Shown piece by piece: positions 12,652 through 26,307 of a stretch of DNA of 64,000 nt. The DNA lies in contig NC_043013.1 in NCBI RefSeq assembly GCF_006345805.1, forward strand, positions 40,610,001 through 40,674,000, given 5' to 3'. The notes beneath the pieces are model-generated. The model ran no database searches, was not told the DNA's origin, and worked only from the letters and a program-made list of their open reading frames with translations. Numbering within the stretch: the stretch's first letter is position 1; every line of letters begins with the position of its first letter. The translations under genes were made by a program, and so were the position numbers. The stretch is from Octopus sinensis (lineage: Eukaryota).

Positions 12652-13582
12652 CATACCAGGATTGGGTGACCCCATTCATGACACCATTCATTTCCTTGGT
12701 GGTTACCCTTAACTCTTAGTACTATGGGGCTGTCAACGAGTTACCTATTGATAATGGTCCAGATACAGCAGCTCAAGGAATTCAAATCAAGAGAGTTAGG
12801 AAGCTACATACCAGGATTGGGTGACCCCATTCATGACACCATTCATTTCCTTGGTGGTTACCCTTAACTCTTAGTACTATGGGGCTGTCAACGAGTTACC
12901 TATTGATAATGGTCCAGATACAGCAGCTCAAGGAATTCAAATCAAGAGAGTTAGGAAGCTACATACCAGGATTGGGTGACCCCATTCATGACACCATTCA
13001 TTTCCTTGGTGGTTACCCTTAACTCTTAGTACTATGGGGCTGTCAACAAGTTACCTATTGATAATGGTCCAGATACAGCAGCTCAAGGAATTCAAATCAA
13101 GAGAGTAGGAAGCTACATACCAGGATTGGGTGACCCCATTCATGACACCATTCATTTCCTTGGTGGTTACCCTTAACTCTTAGTACTATGGGGCTGTCAA
13201 CGAGTTACCTATGATAATGGTCCAGATACAGCAGCTCAAGGAATTCAAATCAAGAGAGTTAGGAAGCTACATACCAGGATTGGGTGACCCCATTCATGAC
13301 ACCATTCATTGCCTTGGTGGTTACCCTTAACTCTTAGTACTATGGGGCTGTCAACGAGTTACCTATTGATAATGGTCCAGATACAGCAGCTCAAGGAATT
13401 CAAATCAAGAGAGTTAGGAAGCTACATACCAGGATTGGGTGACCCCATTCATGACACCATTCATTGCCTTGGTGGTTACCCTTAACTCTTAGTACTATGG
13501 GGCTGTCAACGAGTTACCTATTGATAATGGTCCAGATACAGCAGCTCAAGGAATTCAAATCAAGAGAGTTAGGAAGCTACAT
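12652..13582. repeat. Tandem array, 6 x 155 bp, near-identical
   Basis: Unit starts at 12652, 12807, 12962, 13116, 13270, 13425. Confidence 0.97.
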
Positions 13583-13936
13583 GTTGTTGATCGCATGATG
13601 TTGTTGGACATGAATTAATTCCCATCATCATGTAGGACTGATGACTTGTGTCACGTTTGACAATGGACTTTGTCACATTCACCTGTTTGACAATGGCTCT
13701 CATTGATCCCCAGAGGTTATTAATGTTCATATCTTGTAATTGCTTGACAAATTTGGCTATCTTGACAACACCTGACTACCAAGAATGTTCCTCCTGGAGA
13801 TCTATAAATCTTTCTTGAGGGCCCAGAACATATCAGTTCCATTGCACAAGACCTTAAACATGTATCTTGCATTATAACTGTGGGCTGAATTTCGTAGAGG
13901 GTAATTAAAACAGGCTGGTCATACACACACATATAT

Positions 13937-14810
13937 AAATGGTGTGGTGAATAAACTGTTGTCTAAATTACACAAAAATGAAAATAACTGATATCTCATT
14001 TTAACAGATATATTTACCAAAATTACATAAAAATATCTTGAAATACTAAAGAGTAAATTTATTCAATAAAATCACCAATGACAGTGCCTCAGCATGGCCA
14101 CAGCTCATAAGCTGAAACTTAATAAAATAAATAAAATAAAATAAATTGGCTTCAACCATGACTTCCAGACGACTTCGGAATCTTCTGCAACTCTGTTGGC
14201 CGGTCTCCTTGTTTAAGTTGATGAATGCTGCCATAACCCTTGCCTTCAGTTCATCTTTGGTGTTATAAGGAGTTTTGTTGGCCTCTCACTCAACTGTGCC
14301 CCACACATAATAATCAATGGGGTTGCAGTCTAGGTGGCCAGATGTTAGGGGTGATGTGGTTGTAGAAATTGTCTGACAGCCATGAGTGGGTTTTTTCTGC
14401 TTGTGTGGCATGGTGTAGAGTACTGTTACCAAACATAGGGTCTACCAGCAGCTACCCTCTTGACCCAGGGTAGCACTACCTTCTCCAGGCATGTGTAGGC
14501 CTCCATGTTGAATATGAAGCTGTGTCAGAAGAGGAATGGAGGCATAACATTTCAAGTTGACTGGATGTTTGATGTTGACTGGATGTTTGATTTCTATCAC
14601 TTTTGGTACATGTTTTGGGGACATGACAAGCCAATGGTTGTCCTGCGTGTTCACCATCTGTTTGTATTGGAGCTTCCAGCATGAATGTCAAGTAGTACAG
14701 CATGCTGTTTCCAAATTTCTGGCAGAGTGAATTGTGTCATGGTGCTGTTTTTCTCACAGACAGTGTCCAAGTGACCCTACTATACGGTGTAGTAAAAAGA
14801 AATCAAAAAC
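13937..14810 (-). mobile_element. Tc1/mariner-superfamily remnant (maT/DD37D-like)
   Basis: Minus strand reads DCNPIDYYVWGTVE...NTKDELKARVMAAFINLNKE...SCRRFRSRLEVMVEAN, a transposase C-terminus. Confidence 0.7.
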
Positions 14811-14818
14811 AAAAAAAT

Positions 14819-15887
14819 ATTTTAATCTAGAAGATCTATTTCTGTAAACCAAGTTAAAATTGGTCCAGGAGGAAAACACAAGGCAAAAAGGGATCAATTC
14901 AAAAAAGAAGTAATGCCTGATATTGTCTTTTCAGACTCCATGTCTGTTTTGTTTTTTTATTCATTTTTTTTTCAGAGAAAATTAAATATAACTAAGCTTA
15001 ATTGAAAAGATCTCAATGAGATGAAGTTTAGAGACCAATTTTAGCTTGGTTTACAGAAATAGATTTTCTAGATTAAAATAATATATATATATTTATATAT
15101 ATGGGTGATAATGTATTTTGTTTCCAATCTTCTAGGAAAAATGTCTGCCTATAGAAAACATTCTCTTACTTGGAAATAGGTGAGGGATGGTGACAGGAAA
15201 GCCATCTGGCCACAGAAAGGTCTTGGGGAAATGTCAGTATGGGGTGGGGATGGTGAAGGATTTAGGGGTGGATCAGGAAGGAGGCAGTTATAAGTGGCAT
15301 TTCAGGAGTGGTGGTAACATAGATCCCAAAATAGGGAGATTATTGCAGCATGGTGAGTGAGATGTACAGTGACAGAGACTGAGATCAGAGCTACATAGGG
15401 GTGGCTATAGCAAGTAGGAGTGGTGGAAAAGGTGAGGGGCTGTAGATGGCAGATATGGGAAAGTATTGAGAATGCTAGCAGATATGAGAGATTGTTAACG
15501 ATGTGGTATGGCAGTCCTAAGATGTAGCTCAGAGGAGCTGGATATATGCATCTACATACAGGCATATTACAAGCAGGAAAAATGCCTGACTATCCCTGAT
15601 CACCTTCAGATTTCCTCTCTTTTTTTGCTTCAAAAATATTTTTCTATTCTACCAATTTTTAAATGGTTATCATTATTAAATTCATCTCATTGAGATCTTT
15701 TCAATACAACTTAATTATTTTAAATTTACTCTGAAAAAGTTAATAAAAAAACAAAACAGACATGGAGTCTGAAAAGACAATATCAGGCATTACTTCTTTT
15801 TTGAGTTGATCCCTTTTCCTTTGTAAGTGTTTTTCCTCCTGGACCAGTTTTAGTTTGGTTTACAGAAATATATTTTCTAGATTAAAA
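14819..15887. repeat. Inverted-repeat element set: foldback 14819-15079 plus an inverted copy at 15681-15887
   Basis: tttaatctagaagatctatttctgtaaaccaag versus its reverse complement near 15045 and 15855; ~200-bp inverted match 14820-15025 versus 15681-15887. Confidence 0.85.
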
Positions 15888-15931
15888 CTAAACATTTTAC
15901 AACAAAGCCAAGTGCACCAATAATGTATGTA

Positions 15932-16147
15932 CAAGTGAGTGCTGAAAAGTTCCTGGCTTTGAGTAAAAGAAAATAAAGGAGGATCACTTAATTATGATGT
16001 TATTGAACATATTCCTCTCTCAGATTCACACTTTTATTGCAGTTGTCCTTCAGTTTTTCTAAGCCCTGTAGAACTCGGAAAGTTGGGCTGCCAACCGGTC
16101 CTTTTGTGATACCCTTAAAGCTAAAATCTTTTCAGCACCCCCTCATA
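15932..16147. mobile_element. Mariner-derived MITE (other copies at ~18403-18565 and ~37421-37628)
   Basis: TIRs gtgctgaaaagttcctggcttt / cttttcagcacccc, TA flanks, three related copies. Confidence 0.8.
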
Positions 16148-17612
16148 TATGTGTACTGTATATATGTAAGTGTGTTTTGTATATGTGCCTTGCATGTTTG
16201 TGTGCAGTGTAGGCTTGTAAGTGTCTATCTCCATGAATATCTTTACGTTGACATTATTTGAAAATTAGCTCTGTTTTTCTTCAATAACTTAGGAGTTTGA
16301 ATATAAGAAATTGATAAGCACCAGGCTTGAAAATAAGTTCTGTGGATGACATGATTGACAAAAACCATTGAGATTGGTGCTCTAGTATGGCAGCATTCCA
16401 GTGATAGAAGCTCATAAGACTATCCTATTGAACCATATCCACTAAAGTAGTGACCAATAAAGGTTCTTATATTATTTTGGAATTTTGAAACCCATTAATT
16501 GATATTACAGCAGTAAATTTGTGCATTTTGTTCCTTATGTCCCATCATTGTGTCCTTGTAATGTCTGCTTTTCCATGTGTGGATGGGTGCATGGATTGGA
16601 TCAGATGGAATTTGTTGCAGCAGATTTTCTACAGCTGGATACCTTTCCTGTTGCCTACCCTCACTTGTTTCCAAGCAAGATATTTCCTCAGGATGGACAT
16701 GTTTTTATTGAAAATTAGAAACAAACACCACTACTTGTTTAATAGCGACACTCATCTACAAATATCATGTGATGTCAAGATGTCATGACAAGGACATACG
16801 ACATACACATGCACACACACAAATGTGGGTGCCCAAATATACTAGCACACATGCACAAACATGCATTCTCACACACACACACACACACACACACAATTAA
16901 TGATATGTTGTTTAGCCCCAGTCCACATTGATCCAGCAGCACTGTGATACTGTGATCAAAGATATTCCATTCTGTTCTCTTTTCTTTCTTTATAAAATGT
17001 GTCCTTAAGATAGTAGAATGTGATTGAGCAAGATTTGGTTATTATTTCTAACACATTGAATGACCACATGAGATTTCTTCATGGACTTGTAACAGCAAGA
17101 TTTCTGTTATACATATATTTACACATTGTATATTTAATAAAACAAAATAAAATGTCATAAGTCACTATATAAAGTATTACTAATGCAAATTCTAAAGTGA
17201 TGCCGTCTGGAATACATTTAACTGACAAATGTGGAGGTGGGGATTGTGAAGGAACAAATGATATATAGCAATATTTAACTTATAGTGGGAAGGGCGCTTT
17301 TATTTTAACAGAATTTGTTACTTTGTCAATTCAAATCAAGTTGAGTAAATTACCAAGTTTACACTGCCAAGAGCAATCTTTGTTATCAGAAGAAAACAAC
17401 TATTCACTTTATTCTGTAATAGAATATTCAAGAGACAGTGACTAATTAAATTTGATTTAGATAAATGTATTTAGAAACAATACCTTCAAAGAATTTCTTT
17501 ACTAAAGAGCCAACACTAAGAAAATAATATATATTAATATATATCCGGGGGGAGGGGGGATGAAAAGTTTTGAGCTTTGAAGTCGTGTACCTTCATCAAA
17601 AGTTTTGTGCCA

Positions 17613-17650
<38 letters not shown>

Positions 17651-17789
17651 GGTGCAGGCGTGGCTGTGTGGTAAGAAGCTTGCTTCACAACTATGTGGTT
17701 CTAGGTTTGGTCACACTGCGTGGCATCTTCAACGAGCATCTCCTATAGCCTTGAGTGTATTTGGCCCATGAAAACTGAAAGAAGCTTGT

Positions 17790-17854
<65 letters not shown>

Positions 17855-18565
17855 CTTTGTCCTTAATATTGCTTGACAACCTGTGTTGAAGGTAGTGCTC
17901 CAGCATGGCCACAGTCTAATGACTGAAACAAGTTAAAAAATACAAGATTCACACATGCACACAAATATTTGTGCCACCAACAGCACTGAAGTTTCCAGTG
18001 CAGTTTGCTACTTCCCTAGTGGTCATGGCACAAAAAAAAAATGCACTTGGTACATGCTTTAAAGTGGTTTGTATTTGGAAGGATAATCAGCTGTAGGAAC
18101 CATGCCAAAGCAGATACTAGAGTATGATGCAGTCTTTGGACACATCAGGTTGTGTCAAATTGTCTAACCTATGCCAGCATATAACAAAATTTCATATGTT
18201 GGGCCTATAAAGCATTACCATCATCATTATTATTACTATTGAGGTGGCAAGCTGGCAGAATTGTTAGCATGCTGGACAAGTTGCTTAACAAGTTGCTGGA
18301 CAAGTCTTCCAGCTTTATATTCTGGGTTCAAATGCCACTGAGATGTACTTTGCTTTTCACCTTTTGAGGGATACATACATATATATGTATATATGCATAT
18401 ATATGAGGGGTACTGGAAAGTTCCTGGCTTCTAAGTTCCGAGTTCTTTTGCAGAGCTGAGAAAAATGCGTGTGAATCTGAGAGGAGAATATATTGAATAA
18501 AATTATAATTAACTGATCTGCCTGTATTTTCTTTTACTGAAAGCCAGCAACTTTTCAGTACCATG

Positions 18566-18638
<73 letters not shown>

Positions 18639-18879
18639 ATTTCTGTATGTGTATATGAATCATACTGTCTTTGATTTGACATGTTCTCTATTTCTGTTAT
18701 CATGATAAAATGCAACCAGTACATTCTGAAAATGGTTGCTGTTAAACTGGACATCCAGCTATAGAAACAAAGCCAAAATGAAGAGTATGATGAGATGTGG
18801 TGCCCTGACCTTTTGCTATAACACCACATATAAGTCTATTTTATCTAAATCTGCCTTTGATTCCAACACATCTGTGTAT

Positions 18880-20060
18880 TTTCATTATCTGGATTCACCA
18901 TATAGAATTCTTATCTATTTTCTGTTCTGTGTATTAAGCAAGGCCATTTCCCTAATAGTATCAAGATCCTGTCCTTTTTCCTACTTATCAATACTTTAGC
19001 CTTTTACCAAGTTTACTCTGCAGTCTCTCAATTATAGATTTTGCTTTTATGCTTTGGATTTCTTCCCTAATTCTACTGCTGATTTGGTTATAAGATCTAC
19101 AGCAGCCTACTGGAGTATCCACAACATCTGTTATGGCCAACAAAATTATGATAAATAAAAAGGACTGAAAACTGAGCCCTGACAGACCTCTATATCCATT
19201 ACTGTACTCATTGCCAGTCCACTTATGCATACCTTTCCTTCTTGGGACACAAAACTCTACTTGTGAAAACCTGTTGAGACAAGTGAGAATCAAAATCAAA
19301 ATTGATCAACATCAATGGAATTTGCAGCCGTGATACCAGTGCCAGTGGCACATAAGAGAACCATCCGAATGTGGCCATTGCCAGCGCCGCCCCGACTGGC
19401 CTCGTGCTGGCAGCACGTAAAAAGCACCACCTGTTCGTAGCTGTTACCAGCCTTGCCTGGCCCTCGTGCCGGTGGCACGTAAAAAGCACCATCCGATCGT
19501 GGCCGTTTGCCAGCCTCGTCTGGCACCTGTGCTGGTGGCACGTAAAAAGCACCCACTACACGCACGGAGTGGTTGGCGTTAGGAAGGGCATCCAGCCGTA
19601 GAAACATTGCCAGATCAGACTGGGCCTGGTACAGCCTTCTGGCTTCCCAGACCCCAGTTGAACCGTCCAACCCATGCTAGCATGGAAAGCGGACGCTAAA
19701 CGATGATGATGATGATGATTGCTGATTCCCATCCTGATGTGAAGTTCATATACAGCATCCAAATACATGGTCTTTACAGTCCTCACAAACCATTCATTTA
19801 CCTCTTTCTCAGTGACTCAGATCAGAGTGTAGAATATTGTCTAAGGCCTTGTGTAAGTCTATGAATGGTAGTTATAGTAACGTACTCCTAAGTACTTTTC
19901 CAGCAGTTGCCTCACTAGGAAGATGATACTGATAGTACTTCTTCCTGCCACAAAATCAAACTGCATCTCTTCCAAACTAATTCTCACCCTAATCAATTAG
20001 GCTATACCTCTTTCTGTGCCTTTCATTAACCAATCCAACAATATAATACCTCTGTAATTT
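18880..20060. mobile_element. Old minus-strand RTE RT fragment interrupted by a younger plus-strand RTE 3' end (~19214-19720)
   Basis: 19214-19720 is the reverse complement of 8064-8706; the flanks read EWFVRTVKTMY and RVNLVK on the minus strand. Confidence 0.7.
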
Positions 20061-20229
20061 TCTTTCTCTCAAGTGCATATCATTTTGTTGTAGTAGTTGA
20101 TGATATTACTATGACAGCCACAGAGTATTTAAAAGTATTTGATACATTACAGATTTAAATATTTTGGGGATTACATAGACAATATTTTACATAGGATATG
20201 GGCAGTTCCCATGAGCACTATTATTTGAA

Positions 20230-20455
20230 TTTCTTCCATTTTTAGAAGAATCTGTACACATTCTTCCACAGCAATTAAGCCTCTTCCACACTGGTCTCAC
20301 TTCAAGTACAGCCACTTGATATCAGCTTTCAGATGGCAGGCTCCATACATAGCCAATAGCTTTCTAGCTTTTCTGTCAAGTTTTCACATGTCATTTTTGG
20401 TCCAACTCCAAATCTGATTAAAGGTACTGCTCTTGCATTTATTGCTTCAGTAACA
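20230..20455 (-). mobile_element. R4/Dong-clade LINE fragment
   Basis: Minus strand reads AINARAVP...KLDRKARKLLAMYGACHLKADIKWLYL...GRGLIAVEE. Confidence 0.65.
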
Positions 20456-20562
20456 TTTTTTTAACCCAGCCTTATCATTATCATTAGTTATTATTATCAT
20501 TAGTTATTATTTTTAGTTATTATCATTACTATTATTATTATTATTATTATTACTACTATTAT

Positions 20563-21360
20563 TAAGGCAGTAAGCTGACAGAATCATTAGCATGCTAGGC
20601 AAAATGCTTAGTGGTATTTCACCTGTCACTACATTCTGAGTTCAAATTCTACCAAGGTTGACTTTGCCTTTCATCCTTCCAGGATTGATAAAATAAGTAC
20701 CAGTTGAGCACTGGGTTCAATGTAACTGACTCATCCCCCTCCCCCAAATTGCTGCCTTTATGTCAAAATTTGAAACGATTATTATTATTATATTATTATT
20801 ATTATTATTATTATTAAGGCAGTGAGCTGGCAGGATCATTAGCACACCGGGCAAAATGCTTAGTGGCATTTTATCTGGCTTTACCTTCTGAGTCCAAATT
20901 CCGCTGTGGTTCACTTTGCCTTTCATCCTTTTGGGGTCTATAAATTAAGTACCAGTAAAAAACTGGAGTTGATGAAATTGATTAGTCCCCTCCCACCAAA
21001 TTTTTATGCCTAGTGCTTCCAGTAGAAAGGATTATTATTGTAATTATTATTATTCTGAGTTGAAAAACTTCCAAGGTTGACTATGCCTTTCATCCTTTTG
21101 GGATTGATTAATTAAGTATCAGTTTAATCAACTTACCCATATCCATTAAATCTGCTGGCTTTGTGCCAGAATTTTACTTTTGTTATTGGCAAAATCTTTA
21201 TTGCATCAGACAAAATTCTTCCTGCTCTTTATGTTCTGAGATCAAATGTCATCAAGGTCCTTCAGGCTGAAAGAATGAATACCAGTTGAGCACTGGGGTT
21301 GATGTAGTCAACCAACCACACTCCTTAACATTGGTGGCCTTGTGCCAAAATTTGAAACCA
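20563..21360 (+). mobile_element. Head-to-tail cluster of 3-4 SINE A copies separated by (TTA)n
   Basis: Repeated aggcagt(a/g)agctg...gcctttcatcctt motifs. Confidence 0.8.
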
Positions 21361-24300
21361 TTATTAGCAATATCTGAAATGAAGACGGCAAGATATTAAT
21401 ATGTTTAAAATATTTTGATAGCTTCAAATCCTCCAATGTATTTCAATGAAACTAATAAATCTTTCTTTATATTCTTTTTGATACTGTTCTATAGTTGAGA
21501 CTGAAACATGAGAGACTGGCTCTCAATTTTGTTGAAAGTCTCTATAAACAAAGTGGGCTGTGTTTAGACAAATGATTAAGAATTTTATAATTTGTTTAGG
21601 CCATTGTATATAGGATAACTTTAAGGCTCATGTCTGAGAGGAAAGATGATTATTTTTCTGTTGGGAACATTAATAAATGTAAGCTTTACATCAAACATTC
21701 TCCTTTTATTTTTTTCATGAGAGAAGACAAAAAGAAGTATCTCTATTGATGGCACTTATCAACAAAACATCTTAATATGTCTGTAAAATGTCAAAAGGAA
21801 ATTGTTCTAAATACACCCATCTTCAACTTTATATGTTATTTATGTAATTGTGTTTTCGTCTAATGTATGTGGTTTTCATTTCATTTTCATTAAGAAATAT
21901 ATATTTCTACATTTCTGATATATTTTATTAGTTAGAAGATTACTCTTTTGACATTCTTTCACAAGGAATTTAATTTTGTTGGAGCCAGAAGTTCCAGTGT
22001 TCTTGCTGACTTCTCAAACTTGTATAAAGCTAATTATATTTCCCAGCACTGAATATCAACAGACTTTAGCCATGCCCATTATTATTCACTCAGTTGTTAT
22101 CTTTTATTATCAGTTTCACTCTGGCATTTTTACCTTCTTTAATTAATTTATGAATTGTACCAGTCTGACAGGATGAATGTCCTTTTTTTCTCTTTTATAT
22201 CTATAGCCATCCTCCGCATTACATAAAAAAGACATCAATGGGAAAAATAAGTTTTGTGTTAAGCTTCCGCATTATGGCAAGATTTTTCAGAAACACTTGT
22301 AATATAAGGGGATTCCTGTACATTCACATTTAGAATCATCATCATCATTTAACATCCGTTTTCCATGTTGATGTGGATTTAATAGTTTGATGGGAGCTGG
22401 CCAGTTGGAGAGCTGCACCAGACTCCAGTTGTCTGATTTGGCATAGTCTCAATGGCTGGATACCATTCCTAATGCCAACCACTTTACAAAGTGTACTAGG
22501 TGCTTTTTACATTGCACCATGCTATTACATGGCACCAGCACCAGTGCTATTATGTGCCACAAGCACAAGTGCTTTTTACATGGCACCAGTCTTATACAAA
22601 TCGATCTTCTGTGATGTGATCTTTGCAGTGTGGGGGTCGCACATTGTCCTGATGAAACATCACTCCTTTCGATTCACGAAAGTGGTCTTTTTTTCTTCAA
22701 AGCTTGGTTCAAACACTCTAATTGCTGACAGTAGACTTGAGCATTGATTGTTGCATTAGGTGGTCACAATTCAAAGTGAATTACTCCTTTGCAATCCCAC
22801 CAGATAGAGAGAACCTTTTTCCCATGAAGTTCCCTTCTCAATTGTGGTTGAGCTTTTTCCCAAATCGTACTTTATTTCATTGAATCTGGAAGAATGAAAA
22901 GCAAAGTTGATCTCAGTACAATAGGAACTCTGAATGCTAAATACCCATAACTAAACATCACTGGGAGATTCATCTGATGCTCTGGCAATTCTTATAATTC
23001 ACTAAGTTAATGTTGAATTATGTACAAACCACTAAGAGTTAAATCTCTGTTGCGGGTCTGTTAAGTCGACTATGCTTTCTTGGATAAGTATTAATAGATA
23101 AGCATTACATCAAGGAAATGTTTTAACTGTGACTGTTCAGATCTTTAGACTTCATCCCACTTATATTACTGGTGTGCTTTTCATTTCTAGTTTTGAAGAA
23201 CAGAAACCACTGTGACTGAAGAAGTATCCAGATGACCATTCTGTTTTTAATAACTCCAGTGTAGAAGGAAAGCTAAAAAGACTGATTCTGTTTTACCTGT
23301 TGCCATGCTAGGAATAGCAATCAGATCTATCATTCTTAAAAAAAAAACACTTTAGAGAATGTAGTCTTATACTAAGGACCTTAAACATGCATTTTTAGAG
23401 TGATTCTGAATAAAAGCATCTGACCAAACCAAGATTGTGCAGCTGTCTTCTTGCTACTGTTGAGATCACTAGAGATGTATATGTTTTGTGGACATTTCTG
23501 GAGCTAAACAAAAACTCATTAGTGAGACACTCTTATGGACAACCTGACATTGATATACTCAGGTTATTGTTCAGCTTATCCACTGAATGCTTAGTATGAT
23601 GATGGTGTATTTGATTTGGATAAATCCAAGCTCACCTAAATGGATCTTAGATGCACTAACTCTGAATTAAAGACAGGATGGTCATGGCTGGAATGTTTTT
23701 AAATCATAGGGATAACTTGAAGCTTAACAATGAAATAAACCATGAATTTATAGTCAATAATGGCCATTCTACTATTCAATAATCTTCACTTAGCAACTAT
23801 TCACACTGAAAATATATTAAGTATTGTCAAGCTTAATTATTCAGCGATGCTATCTGTATGAAAGACATTGGCTATGTTGGTGTTTACATATTTCATTTAG
23901 TGGGTGTTAATTATCTAATTGAAAGTACTTATGTGGTGAAGAAAAGACAGCATAGAGTCAACGACTAATGTTGTCTTAATAATTTCAGCAAGTAAGGGAG
24001 ACAACTATAGACATGTTTATTAGAGGGTTTGATGTTCACTGTATTAGATTTATTCACATTAACAACTACTCTCCCTGTCATCACATTACATATTTCCAAT
24101 TTTCATTAAGTGGGACTCCGAAATTAATTAATACTGTGTGTATATAGGCTTTTAGTATAAGTACATCATATCTCAGCATTTTGTAAGATGTTACTAAAAG
24201 GTTTGGCATCAGGAAGGGCATCCAGCTATTGAACGCTGCCATAAAAAATTCCATCCAATCCAAGCCAGTATGGAAAAACAGATGCAGAAGCAAAGATGAT

Positions 24301-24432
24301 GATAATGTTGATGGAACCCTGGTGCATAAACACATTAAAATTTTTTTCATTTGGAATAATTTCCCGTGTGTTTGTTGGGTTCAAACATTTTTCAGCAATG
24401 TTCACCTTATTTCAATACCATGACTGCTTATA

Positions 24433-25699
24433 TCAAGTCATCCTATAAGTTCTGTCCAAATTTTGAATAAAGAAAACAAGTGATCAAATGTTATATTTAA
24501 TTGAAATTTAACCATAAATGTACTTTCCCTGATTATCTGACTTCCTTCCATCTATTTACATGCTTTTTAATCCCATCAATATAAAACTCTTTTGGTTTCA
24601 AAGCAAAGAACTCTGAAATGTCAGTTTTGATCTCCTCCTGACTTGCAAAAGTTATGTCCCCCAAATAATTCTGTAAAACTAAGAAACAAATAGCTAGGTC
24701 AGAAGAATTAGGTGGATGAGGAATTTTTCCTAACCAAGCTCTTCGATCTTCTGTGATGTGATCTTTGCAATGTGGGGTTGCACATTGTCCTGATGAAACA
24801 TCACTCCTTTCGATTCACGAAAGTGGTCTTTTTTTCTTCAAAGCTTGGTTCAAACACTCTAATTGCTGACAGTAGACTTGAGCATTGATTGTTGCATTAG
24901 GTGGTAACAATTCAAAGTGAATTACACCTTTGCAATCCCACCAGATAGTGAGAAGATCCTTTTTCCCATGAAGTTCCCTTCTCAGTTGTGGTTGAGTTTT
25001 TTCCCTTTTACCAAGCCACTGTTTATGATGTTTAACATTTCGATAGAAGATCCATTTTTCGTCATCAGTCACAAGTCTCTCCAAAGAGGGTGAAATGAGT
25101 TCACAATAATGGAGAGAAGAGCAGATGTCAACTCGGGATTTGTGGTTGCTTTCGGACAATTCCTGAGGCACCCATTTTCCAAGTTTAGAAACCTTTCCTA
25201 GTTGTTGAAAATGATGATGAACAGTTGTATGGTTTGAACTAAGCTTTATTGCCAATTCTTCAACTGATAATGCAGGTTTTTCTTCAAGTAATGCCTCAAG
25301 GAGCTTATCATCAAACTCAACTGGACATCTTGTTCGATCTTCATCTTCAAGTTTGAAATCTCCACTTCTGAATTTTGCAAACCATCTTCTGCAAGTTCTT
25401 TCATTCAAGCATTCTTTCCCATAAACTGAGTGTATGTTTCGGGTTGCTTCGGCTGCAGAGTTTCCTTTTTGTACTCTTAAAGCATTATGTACTTCAAATG
25501 CTTTTTGGATACTTCCTTGTTAGAAAGGGTTTTTATCAAAGAAATTTTAATTTTGTTATTCTGTAAAATATTTAATCAGTTTAAATGTACACAAATGCAT
25601 AAAAATAATTTTTAATTCCATTAGACATTCTAAAATACTATTAAATTTCATTCAATTTTAAAAAAGGTAAAATCGGACAGAACTTATGGGATGACCTGA
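24433..25699 (-). mobile_element. Full-length defective mariner (DD34D) transposon
   Basis: TIRs tcaagtcatcctataagttctgtcc / ggacagaacttatgggatgacctga with TA TSD; ORF 24815-25408 has WVPQEL, VTDDEKW and WWDCKG. Confidence 0.93.
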
Positions 25700-25958
25700 T
25701 AGGTATCATAGTTACCACATGCAGCATGTTAAAACTTATTTCACTATATATTTACACTGTATATGATTTTCTTGTAACTAAAAACCTCTTCCTTTATAAC
25801 AGTCTGATAAAGGCTCAACCTTCAACTTAACTATCAGAAATTGTCTGATAACCTATTGTTGTATAATGTGTTTATATATGTATTATAAGTTGTGTCTGAT
25901 TTAGTATGTCTAATGTACATACTGTGTAATGTACCAAGTGTTGATATTGTGTGTAATG

Positions 25959-26098
25959 CAGTGGTTCCCAACCTTTTCATTACTAAGGACCCCTTTTATT
26001 TAAATAAGTTTTTTGAGGGAATATGAGGGAATATATGAAATTTTAGATTTTGTTCATGAACCACCAGGGCTCTGTGGACCACAGGTTGGGAACCATTG
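25959..26098. mobile_element. hAT (Charlie-like) MITE
   Basis: TIRs cagtggttcccaacc / ggttgggaaccattg; imperfect 8-bp TSD gtgtaatg/gtataatt. Confidence 0.8.
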
Positions 26099-26307
26099 GT
26101 ATAATTCATGAATTGATGCACAAGGCTGAGCTTTTTTTTATTTTTTTTTTTTTAACGAGGGATGGGTGGTTTCCATGGCCTTTTATAGACCATCTGGAAT
26201 TGGTGAGATTGGTTGGTTTAAACAAGGAGTAGGTAGTATTCTGTGAATTGTTAGGGTTATAGATGAACTTGACATGGTTAATGTTTAATAAGTTGGTATT
26301 TGTAGAT

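Noticed and set aside
12652-13582. Tandem array as a hammerhead retrozyme or CRISPR array
   Set aside because: No CUGANGA...GAAA core on either strand and no unique spacers.
24815-25408. SETMAR-like domesticated transposase (also 54230-55277)
   Set aside because: Stops and frameshifts with intact TIRs and TA TSDs indicate dead mariner copies.
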